Assembly: GCA_030704615.1 (NCBI GenBank)
Contig: CM060731.1
Span: forward strand, 31,620,001-31,684,000
Length of the DNA stretch: 64,000 nucleotides
Direction of reading: 5' to 3'
DNA from: Takakia lepidozioides
Taxonomy: Eukaryota; Plantae; Bryophyta
In this document: positions 13,301-25,600 of the stretch, one piece after another
Numbering within the stretch: the first letter of the stretch is position 1
Layout of the letters: each line of letters starts with the position of its first letter
Made by a program: the position numbers and the translations under genes
The notes under the pieces: generated by a model
Told to the model about the DNA's origin: nothing
Database searches by the model: none
What the model saw: the letters and a program-made list of their open reading frames with translations, nothing else

Positions 13301-16300
13301 CACACGTGAGTGAATCTAAAAGACGGTAGGAATCACATTGACAGCGGGATGACAAACAGGTATAAATGCACAAATCCAAAAAAAGGAGCACTAATATACC
13401 TGCCAGAGAAAACTCTCAAGTTCAGGATGCGAGACTATAATGGATGTAATCTTGGACTGCTCGATGAAAAAGCAATGCACCACAGAGTCGGCAATGAAGT
13501 TACACAAGAGAGGTTTGCCCGCCAAGGTTTCATACAACCCAATCGTATTACCATGGGAGAATGTAGGGTGTAGCACACGTCGTCCATCTGAGAATTTGTT
13601 GTTCCACTGCAAAGACACAACACGCTAACATCTAAATGCTGGATCTGCCAGTTCACCCTCATGATTCATTTTTTGGTCACCCTCCCAAGGATTAAACCAT
13701 GAACATGCTAAAAGCTTAGCGCTGTATCTGCCACGTCAGAATCATGATTCCATTTTGGGTATGGTGAGGTCAGATGTCCTTTTCCAAGCAGTAAACCATA
13801 GGAAACTCAGATTTCAAGGACACAAATGGTTCCATTTCTGGTTCGCAAGAATGTGAATTTTGAAACGTATGTGTTCCAGCAGAGAATCCAGGTCAACTGC
13901 TGGGAACCACTTTAGAGAGGAGAAACCCAAACACCTGCTCCAACTTTTGACGAGGGCATTGCAACAAAGCAGAAGAAGGAATACGAAGAGAACAATGAAG
14001 TCACTACCATCCACGAAAGCTCACTGTTGAACCTAACCTTGTAGTGTGTAAGAAGGCCTTGAGGTCTGAGAAATACCTTGACAACCCCATTGGCAATGAG
14101 CCAGATCCCTTCAGGTTTGGCGTCTTCTTTGTATAATATGCTCTTCCGCACCTTCATGAACTCCCTTGCTCCATTTGCTAGGGACTGTTGAATAGAGGCA
14201 GGCATCGCACCTACCAGAGGCTGATTGATAAGAGTCTCATTTGATGTGGGTATTTTCACTAGTGGAGGTTTCCGAAGCAGCTTTTTCAAGTCCACCTGCC
14301 CATTGCAAGTTTCACCCTTTTGCTTTAGATCTAATCGAAATTCCATTCGTCTACCTCTCTGTATCTACATTCTCCATGCCAGTAGCTGACAGTTGCTGAG
14401 CAGAGACAGTCTCGACAGGAAAAAGGGGACCAGACCTGAACAGCATCATGAAGATGGATGGTCTCCCTGGACTCAAGGAGCCCTGCATGCTCAAGGCTCT
14501 TCACATACTCGCTCAGCTGTACCAGAATTGCACGCGTTACTTGCTTTGTCTTTACCACCCGCAACACCTACAAGCACACATGCATGTCCGTTTTGTGATC
14601 CTGTCCATAGCATTAGAGTGTAGGCCATATCACCAAAGAATGCCAAAACCTGGAATACCTGAGGGAAGGAGAGGCGAACATCTTCAAGGAATTGGCAGGC
14701 CTCCTCTTCTTCCTGCTCACTTTCTTTTATCACAGCTTCTGCAATCTCACTCTCGCCTGTTCACCCAACCCAAACATTTACATCAGCTTGAGCTCTTGTA
14801 CCCATTCAACATTCATAGGCAGACATAGGAGGGTTCATTTTATTCATATAAACAAAGCTGTCACTTGCTATATGATCCGATAGGCCGAATCTACCATCCA
14901 CATTTGAGATCCCAGTTCTCAATGTTGAACATATGGAACATGCTAACAGAGCTCCAAAAAACAGTCTAATTTAAAAAAATGAGTGGTGTGGCAGTAGTCC
15001 TGCTTACATCTACGATTGTTTATTCCATTCATATCATTACCATAGGTGAAGTTCCTAGCCCTTCTACCAACGTAGTCCATCACTAGATACCGTGCACAAA
15101 TCATCTGCTATTGCTCTTGCAGAGAACCATAAGTTACCTTGTCTGGATCATGACTACAACATAACATGGCCAATGGGATGAGAGAGAGACAGAAAAGTGC
15201 TTTGCTGAACCACGCTCCCCTTGGGGTCTCACCCTGCTGGCAGTTCTTCGCTTGCCTACATTCAGATTATTGTTTTTGGATCCCAACGTGGACTGTTTAC
15301 CCCTTCCCCCATCAAAAATAAGGGAGAGAAGAAAGGGAGAGAAGAGAAAGGAGATCCCACCAATGAAATCGCGGAGTTGATGGCGAGCAGTCCTGTGAGC
15401 CCGGAGGAATGCTGCACAAATGTAGCATGCCAACTCTAACTGCTCAACGATAAGGAAGGTCAAAAACCTCTGTGGCAGGAACGAAGCGCCATAGCAATGT
15501 AGGTACTTGAAATATTGTGGAATATGCACATGTGGTTGTAACCCGTTCCAATCCAGTAACACTTCATGCACCTGTCCAGAGTTTCACTCATTCACTCATC
15601 AGACATTGGAACCTACATCTGCTGCTAAAGCAAACACTACATGAATGTTATTTGTGCATCCATTAACAGCGATCACAAGAACATGTGCTAATTGAGAGAA
15701 GCCTACCAGTCTACGAGCAATTCTTAGAAATACCCTGGAGGGGGCAAGGGCCTAGATATAAATTAAGCTAGAGCTTTTACTTCATGATAAAACCCTACGT
15801 TGGGAAATCTATAACAGCTATCCATAAGATGGTTGAAGAATATGTGACAGAAGCCCATCACAGTCAACCAACACCATTAGGAAGACCCTTGAGGGGGGGG
15901 GGAACAAGTTAAGCTAGAGCTTGTATTCCATTGTAGACTAGCTAGAAAAAGCTAAAAAGGTGCCCACTATAGGATGACCACAATCATACCCCCACGGCCC
16001 CAAGAGGGAAGGAAAGAAAATCTTCATGAAAATGCATGGGAGGAAAGAAGGCCTATATGTGAATGGAAAAGGGAAGAAACTATACAACGTCGAGGGCCTA
16101 TGGGACAACAAAGCACAATAAGAAACAAAGAGAGAGAGAGGTATCCTTAAGTACCTTATCCAGAGCCTCATCCACTGATTGCATGAGAAGAATTGCGGCT
16201 GTCTGAGTGATGCGGCCTTCTTCAAGCATATCCCAATATGCAGCCTGTACCCCTGTGGATTCCATCACCAGACTAATGACTCAGCACTGCACTATGCAAT

Positions 16301-16564
16301 GCAGGAACAGTTTATAGAGATCCAGAGGTTTCCCATCAGACAACTTTCTTTGCTAGGGAATATGGGGTGATGGGCAAGGTGCAATGAAAGGTGGGGTATG
16401 TTTCAATACATTTGTGCATAAATCACAACACAGGTAGTCGCTAGCTGCTTTCCTGGGAGTTGTTGAGCAGAGTTACACACAGTTTTTTGGTTTCTCTGGT
16501 GCTAAGGTTTCATTTGTGTGGTCTTTCTTCTTATACTGAAGGCCCATAGTGGACATAAAACATT

Positions 16565-16610
<46 letters not shown>

Positions 16611-19600
16611 ACTCTAGGAAGCCTATTGACATTGGGTGGACTTGAAACGGGAGTACATTAATGTCTCTGTGACTAAATGCCGGCCTTGTGACCTCGTGTC
16701 CTTGTTTGTTTCGACCTGAAGCGCTTTGCTTCAGGTAAGGTAGTGCATTGGATTTAGTTGGAAGCTTGGGGCCTTTCCCTCTTTAGAATATGCCTACACG
16801 GGCCATTCCCTGCAACTCCCTGGAGTGTGATCTCTGAATGGTAACAAGCGGACTCCTACCGCTTGGGGGCAGCCCCTCCGCCCAAATTGGGCAGTCGTAT
16901 GCTCTGTCTAGCATACTCGGCACTTGGGCTCGGGTTGGTTCCTGTGCTTAAACTTATGGCCTGCGAAAACAATCAATAATTTAGCTCCTATCAACATCAA
17001 CACTCCTCAGGGTGATCCCTGGGAATTGGTTACTTATGCCAAATCTAGGGCTTCATGTGTAGTTTTTGGGGTGAATCCCAGGATGGACGATGTGTCCTTT
17101 AAAACTACATGCTCTAGCTTAGGCTTGGATTTCATGGCTAATGGTACCATCTCGAGACTTGATAACAGGGGTACGTTGAAGGTTGCAATGACCAAAAGTG
17201 CTTCTAATAGAGTCCCGCATCAATTCAATCTCAAAGAAGTTCATCCCTTGACTGGCTGGAGAGCGGTCTTAGATTTTGGTATTCAATTGGGCGCTCTAGG
17301 AAGACAACCAAGGGCAACAACTTCAACTTGAGAGTTTCTAATCGGTTTGATGCTCTGGATGAGGTTGAATCCAAACAGCCAGAAGGACAAGATGCCCCTA
17401 AGTGTACGGAACCTGAACGTCCTGAATCTGAAGGATTTGGTACTCTGAATGGTTTACCAATCCTCAAGGTTTACACAAGACGAACAAATTCTATACACGG
17501 GGTAATTGTCCCCATGCCGTCAGATGGACAATCTGTCCCTAAGTGTGCAGAGCCTGAACGTCGTGTAACTGAAGGATTTGGTACTCTAAATGGTTTACCA
17601 ACCCTCAAAGTCTACACAAGACGAGCAAAATCTATACACGGGGTAATTGTCCCCAAGCAGTCTGACGGACAATCTGCCCCTATGTGTGCGGAGCCTGTGC
17701 GTCGTGTAACTGAAAGATTTGGTACCCTGAATGGTTTACCAATTCTCAAAGTTTACACAAGACGAGCAAAATCTACACATGGGGTAACTGTCCCCCTTTG
17801 CAGAACGGTTGGCCGTCCAGGCGCAATCACAAGCTACCTAGACGACAAACAATTCACACGCAAAGGGCTGGCTTGCGGCTGGCCACTTTCAACTTCTCAG
17901 GGTTGACCAACCAAAGGAAACAACTTGAAGTGGGACAAGTTCTTCGGACTAATGATATTCATATCTGTGCTGGGCAAGAAACATGGGAAATGTCGGATAA
18001 ACTGGTTGGAGATGTCATTGGTTATAAATGGGCAGGTAAGATGTGTACTCTCAAGGCAGCCTCTGCCAAACGCGGTCAAAAAGGGGTCGGATTCTTTGTC
18101 CGTGATTTCTTGTTTGACAATTGTGAAATTATCAACAAGGGTTTGAGGTACGAGCATAGTATCTGGCTAAAACTGAATTTGAAGGGCGGCATGAGTACAA
18201 AGGACCTCTTTGTTGGTTGTGTTTACATGCCCACAGAGGGGACCCTTAGTGCTGACGCAGACAAGGCCTTCGAAGATGTAAAGCTGGACTGTGCTTCGTT
18301 CCTTGCCAAAGGTCAGGTGGTACTATTGGGGGACTTCAATGCCCGGGTGGGCAAAGGGATCCATCAGGACGATATCATTGGACCTTTTGGTGAGGACGAG
18401 CTGAATTCTAATGGCAGACGGTTAATTAACTGTCTAGAAGATCTTCAGCTTTTGACCTTGAATAACAGGACAAGAGGTGACCAAGTGCAGTGGACTCGTG
18501 AGAAACCCCAAACTGGGGAACGTTCCATTGTGGACTATATCATAATGGACAAAATTTTGTTCCCCCAGTGTGCCAATGTGTTGATCGACAGAACTGATAT
18601 TGGTACCTCTGACCACTTCCTGGTTTGGACTGAGATCAAAAGGTGTTTTCCCACCACCAAGAGATCTGTGAAACGTTCGATTCGGAAGTGGCGCATAGAA
18701 AAATTCCACAATGAGGAGGTCAAGGCTGAGTACGTCCAGGCCTTGCAAGAGGCTCTCCCTCATTTTGTCCAATCGCTCCAAGAACTTCAGTCACGCTCTG
18801 TTAACGCAAGAAATGAAGTCGAAAGAGCAGTGGACTCTTGGGAGAGTTTCGTTTCCTCCGTGGCTGACAAGATCATTGGGAGGAAACTAATTGTCTGCGG
18901 TAGAGCAGTTAATTGGTGGACTAATGAGATTAAACTCAAGATAGATGAGAGACGAGCCCTCTATAAAGAGTGCTGCAATTTGGAAACCAACAGAGAATTG
19001 TGGGCGAGGTACTACCAGCTCCGTAAAGATATCAATCAGCTTGTTAGGTCTCAGAAGAAATTATACTGGGACAAGTTATACAGTGAAATAAACTCAAACC
19101 ACCATGGTGGTAATGACAAGAAATTCTGGTTGGCCCTTCAACGTTTGTACAAACCGAAAAACGGTCAGCAAGTACAAGCGCTGAAGATTACTAAAGGTGC
19201 AGTGGTGACTTCATCAGTTGACATTGTCAAAACCTTTGAAACTCACTACAGTATCCTTGGCAGAACTTCTAGGTCTAACAGTGAGGGGTCTTCTGCTGAA
19301 TGGAGGGACACAGTTGGAAAAACTGTTCCTATGATTCAAAACAGCCCTGATGAACTGGAGTATATTTCAATGGCTTATAATGCTCCCATTAGTTCTTCTG
19401 AGATTGTGGAAGCAATTGAACATTTAAATGGATATAAAGCTGGTGGACCTGATGGTATTGTCAACGAGCTTATCAAGCACGGTGGCGATCCCATGATAGA
19501 GGCCCTAGTTCTCCTCTTTAACCTTATCAAGACTGAAATGATCCCCTTTCGCTGGCGACAGGGGGTCATTGTCAATCTATACAAGAAGGGTGACAGAGAA

Positions 19601-22600
19601 GAACCGGGGAACTACCGTGGCATCACGCTCCTCAATGCTGTTGGCAAGACATTCTGCAGAGTTATAAGTACTCGTCTCGAGGTTGATCTGGAGTCTAGAG
19701 GTTGTTTCCACGAAGGCCAAGCTGGCTTTCAGCGAAACAGGGGCTGTGTGGATCATATCTTCACTCTAAGCCAGATTATCCAGAGAAGGAAAAAAGAAGG
19801 GAAACCCACTTATGTCTTTTTCCTGGATGTCAAAAAGGCTTATGACACAGTGTGGAGAGATGGCCTATGGTTCCGCCTCTGGTCTTGTGGGATCAAGGGA
19901 AAGATGTGGAGAGTTGTTCACAACTTGTATGCTCACACCAAAAGCTGTGTCACTGTTAACGGACAGAAGTCCAACTTCTTTGACATAGACCAAGGTGTAG
20001 CTCAAGGATGTACTCTCTCCCCTCTGCTCTTCAATGTTTTCATCAATCAACTCCTCGAGGATGTGGAATGTGAGGGATTTGGGTTAAGGGTGGGTGATAC
20101 CACCATACCAGCCCTTATGTTTGCGGATGACTTCGCAGGCATAGGGGAGACTCCAACCAATCTCCAGGAGTTGATTGATTGCGCGAAGAGATACTTTGAT
20201 CTTTGGGGCTAGAGGCTAATGTCAGCAAATGTGCAGTGGTAGCATTCAACGACAGAGGAGAGGGAGGAAGTGATCTTAAGTGGCAGTGGGGTAGCCAAGA
20301 GATCCCGGTCCTCCCTTCCTACACTTTACCTGGGCGTTGAGTTCTCCTCCAATTGTAATTGGGATGCACATATCCAGAAAGTTGTTCAAACTGGCAAGGG
20401 CAAAGCTCTGGGGCTCACTAAATTTTTCCACTGCAGAGGGGTCAACTCTGAGGTTAAGAAAACCATGCTTTGTCGCGTTATTAGACCTGCCTTGGAGTAT
20501 GGATCTGCTATATATGGTTGATAACTCCAACCAGGCTAAGTCTCTAGAATCCATTCAAGTGGGGGTGCTTAAGGAGTGTATGTCAGCATGCTCCAAAACA
20601 GCCAATGTGGCTGTTCGGGGTGAGTTTGGCATTCCGTCCTTAAGCTCCCGACGAGATGAATTCAAGGTCAGATGGTGGGGTCAGCTGCAACATATGCCCA
20701 ACACCACCAAGTAATCCTAAGTTAATCGACTTCTATTATCTTGGAAACCAGGACCGGCCCTGTCAACCAGGCTAAGTCCCTGGCAGAAGAGAGGTAGAAG
20801 AGATCCTCAAGGACCTGGACCTGGATCCGCAAGTCTTGACCCTGCTGGATAAATCTGACTTAGAGGCTGTAGTGTCCTCAGCCATGTCTGTTGCCATGAG
20901 ATTGTCTGATGAAAATGAAGTTAGGCAAAACTTCCCTGAACTTGTTTCCAGTCTGTGACATGGGGGAGGACATCTTGGATGACCTCAAGGGTCTACCCAC
21001 TCTCGGCACTAGACTGAAATTTAAACTCAGGGCAGGAAGCCTACCTTTGAACAGCAAACAGAAGCAGAGAGGAAAGGGAGAGTGCAATTGCCCGTTGTGT
21101 GGGCAATCTGAAGACAGTATTCATTTTCTGATACACTGTCCACCAAAGAGACGCTCTCTTCAAATCTATTAAGGGAATTGTGCCTGTACCCCTGTTTACC
21201 AACTTTGAAAGTCTCGAGGCTGAGCCAAAAGCCCAGGCCCTCCTGAGGCCTAGTTTTTTGGGCAAATCACACACAGCAGATTGATGCTTGTGTGAAGGGA
21301 TTTCTAGAGGATATCTGGAAAACCCGGATTAATTCTTTATATGGAGGTAAGTCTTACTACCAACGTCAGCCCCTGACAGAGGTAGGTTCTGTCCCTTTTG
21401 TTCCCGCTCAAACTGGGCGCGGGGTCAATGGCCACAAGGCTACGGCAAACAACGTCTTATGAGTACAATCTCTCTCTCTCTAAATGAAGTTAGGCAGAAA
21501 ACTTCCCTGAACTTGTTTCCAGTCCATGCCATCATTGATGACCTCAAGGGTTGGCACTAGCCTGAAATTTAAACTCATGGCGGGAAGCCTACCTTCAAAC
21601 AGAAGCAGAGACGAAACGGGATTGCAAATGCCCGTTCCTGAAGGCAATATTCACTTTCTGATTCATTGTCCCCGGATACTCTCACCAGAGAGACGTCCTC
21701 TTCAAATCCATCAAGGGAATGGTGCCTGTACATGTTTTATCAGCTTTAAAAGTCTCGAGGCTGAGAAGCCCAGGCCCTTTTGGGGCCTAGTTATTGGGCA
21801 AACCACACACAGCAGATTGATGCTTGTGCAAAGAGATTTCTAGAGGATATAGGGTAAACTCGGATCAATTGTCTGTTCCAAGGTAAGTCATACTACTGGT
21901 GTCAGCCCCTGACAAAGGTAGTTTCTGTCCCTTTGTGTTCTGCTCAAACTGAGCGCGGGGTAAATGGCCACAAGGATATGGCAAACAACGTTTTATGAGT
22001 ACATTCTCTCTCTCTCTCTCTCAAAATTGTAGTTTCTGTCTGGCTCTAAGTTCGTTTCTCTCTCTCCGCCGGCGCGGCAGCATGTCGGCGCTGCGCTCAC
22101 GGGCGTTGGCGCACTAGCGCCATCTCCACCACACCATGACGTCCAAACGCCAAAGGACGGCTGCCGACGAGGTAGACTACCCGTCTCCCTCACGTCGACC
22201 TGATTCCCCTCTGCTTCTTCTTCCTGCCCCTGTCTCTCATCAAGCCTCTCCTTTGCGTCAGTACTCCACAAGGAGTGCTGATGTTCAAACGCTTCGGGAC
22301 CAAATCTCCATCTTACAAACGAAATGCATCTCGGAGGAGACTCTGCAGCAAGTGCTCGCCGCTCGTGACAATGACTCGGAGGAGCGGTTGGCTTCCCTAG
22401 ACAAAGACTGGGAGACGCGGATGGCTTCCCTTAACAAAAATTGGGAAAAGCGCATGGATTCCTTGGACAAAGATTGGCAGAAGCGCATGACAGACAGATA
22501 CACAGACTTGGAGAACAATATGCGAGTTCAGGATAGCGTTTTGCGGCCTCTCTTCAGGAGTGCACTAGCAAACTTCAAGGTCTGGCGAAACATCTCAATG

Positions 22601-25600
22601 ACAAATCCACACATACGCGTCTTTCAAAACTTGAAGGCGAAGTGAAGACCTTCACAGAGAAGAGCCTCCCAGATCCCCTCACAGCAAGCATCCACCTGCA
22701 GGTGGAATCCCTTAGCAAAGAGCTGGAAACACACAGAACTGCGACGTCTACAATGGCTCGGGAGCTCCAAGCTCACAAGGCAGAGGCCTCCTCCTGGCTA
22801 ATATAGTTAAGGGGAGCACATCCAACAACAGTCCTCACTCTCTGGAGGAGACAGTCTCGGCTACCTTGCGAGAGGAACAGCAACGGGCTTTCAAAGCCCT
22901 TAACATCAGGTCACTGGGAAGCTAGGGGGCCTTGCTGAGGGGGACCCTCTTGACGCTGCCACCAGCCTTATTCAGCAAAACCTTGCTCTCCACGGGGCGC
23001 GAGTGGCATTGAAAGGGCTTGGCGTGCAGGATCTTCAGAGCACAAAGTCCTCTTCATTAGATTCAAGGACAAGGTGCTCGGGATAGAGTCCTCAGGCAGA
23101 GGCCTCAATTGAGAGGTCAGGGTATGTACCTCAACGATGACTTGACCCCTTTGCAATACAACGCCATGCGGGCGCAACTCTTGCAGGTTAAGCAAGCTCG
23201 AGCTCAAGGGCACTATGCCGTGTACCGAGATGGGAGGGTAATTGTCCGGGAGCACGAACGTCGCCCCTCTAGCTCTAAATAGGGGTTGGGGCACCATGAG
23301 ACCAACGCACGCTCACATCTACACATTGGCTCATGGAACTGTAATGGCTCGTTGTGGAGCCACCCTCAAGGGCTTCTAGATATTCTTTCCAAGTGTGATG
23401 TTCTTCTTTTTCTTTTGGAAACTCATGCGTATGAAGGAAAGGACCCCCTTTTATTCTCGGGTATAGCTTTCAGTCAGTGATTCGTCCACGTACAGGTCTC
23501 AAAGGATCTGGAGGTGTGGCTTGTTACTTTGCTGACTGGCTTCTCCCACTTATCTCCTTCCCATACAAAGACCCACTGGCAAGGTACATTTGGTGTCACA
23601 TCAAAGGCTACAACATCCTGCTGGCGGGATGTTATTTTGCTCCGGCCGCATCTCCGCACAGCGGCCTACATATTCGAACAGATTCACCATATGTTCCATT
23701 GGAAGACGATATGGCCCGTCTCCGTACCCCACAAACGGACATTTTCTTGGTTGGAGATTTCAACGCCGTACAGGACACTACAGGCCCCCACCTTCGACCA
23801 CACAGATCCTCTACACATCCAACGCTCGCATACGGAATTGGAGAGGCAAAGTGCAGATTCCTCTTGCGAAATCACAAGTTACGGTCACCATCTACTCAAG
23901 TTTTGTGAAACTCAGGGGCTGTCCATTTACAATGGAACAACCCAACTTCAAATCCTCCAGCCAGTTCACTTGCCACACGTACAAGGGCCAAAGCGTGGTT
24001 GACTATCTCTTGGGGAGCCCCAACAAGCCTGATAGAATAAGCTCCTTTTACATCACGAGGTACCCGATTCTGATCACTCTTGCCTTTCCTTTGCATTTCC
24101 TTCCATCTCCCTCCCCGTGAGGATCCCCTCTGCGTCTCTTCCCCTTACACCCACGTATCCACTTTAATACCCCTTTCTCTCACTTACACGACGCCGAGTA
24201 TGAAACATACCTAGCGTCAACCCTCCCTTCCATTCTACATCTATCATCTCCTAACGACAAGGCTACACATCTTACTCAAGCCCTTTGGGACTCAGCCCTG
24301 CGATCCTTTCCCGTCACCCTTCCATCTACCTCCTCACCCTTCTCCACTCGTCGTTACGCACCATTTTATGATGAGGAATGCAAGACTGCTAGACGTCGCA
24401 TCAAATTTTTACTACTTGATACCAATTCTTCTCCAGAGTCCACTAATCTTGCTCTTAAGCACTATAAGTCCCTCATTAGATCCAAAAAGCAAGCCTACAC
24501 TATCAAGTTGCAATCTTCTTTCCTTGCTAAAATCAGATTTTCTCCTCGATCTTTTTGGTCCCCTTAAACTCATAGAGATCCCCCCCAATCACTGACATTC
24601 ATGTCTGGCATGAGTATGCACAGTCTTTGTACCATTCCCCAACCCAAACTCCTTCTCCTATAACCTCTAAACCCCTTCACTTCTCTCTCTTACTACAGCC
24701 AATGTCAGTAAGGCAATCAAGAAGCTGCAAAATGGCAGAGCGGTGGACATTTCAGGACTTCAGAGTGAATTCATCAAGCATGCTGCACCTACTTTAGCCC
24801 CTTTTATAGCTAACCTCTTCAATGAGGTGGTGCAACGGGGCTTCCAACAGAGTGGACAAAGAGCATCATCCACCCACTTTTTAAGAGCGGTGACAGGCTC
24901 GCACCGACAAACTATCGTACTATCATGGTGTCCTCATTACTTGCTAAACTGTTTTGGGCAGTAGTGGCCATGGAACTGGATGATTGGGCTGAGTACTCTC
25001 GCATTCGTGCTGAGGGACAGGCTGGTTTCCGTCGAAACCGATCCACTATTGACCACATCTTCACTCTTCAAGTTATGGTGGAAAGTGCACGCTATGACAA
25101 AAGATTGGTCTATGTTTGCTTCGTGGACTTTCACAAAGCGACCTTCCAACGGCTCCATAGAGTGGAAGTCCCTCCAGACATCCTTTGTGCCATCTCTTCT
25201 ATGTATGAGATTGTCACTGGCATGGTCAACGTCGCTGGTGAATTCTCAGCCGAGATCCACAGCAACATTGGAGTCAAACAGGGCTGCCCCCTTTCCCTAC
25301 CCTGTTCGGGATCTACATTGACGCCTTGGAGAATTACATATCAAAAAACCATGGGGTTGGGGTCCCATTGGATGGGGGACCAACCCAATCAGATCTCCTC
25401 TATGCTGATGATGTTGCCCTTTTGGCACAATCCCCGGTCTTTCTGCAACGCCATCTCAAAATTTTGGAACAGTTCTGCAAAGACTATGGGATGCAGGTCA
25501 ATCTTAGCAAGACCAAGATCATGGTCTTCAATGGCCAGGCTGATCGTAGATTCATCTTCAACCAGCAGGAAATTGAGATTGTGAAATCATACCGGTACCT

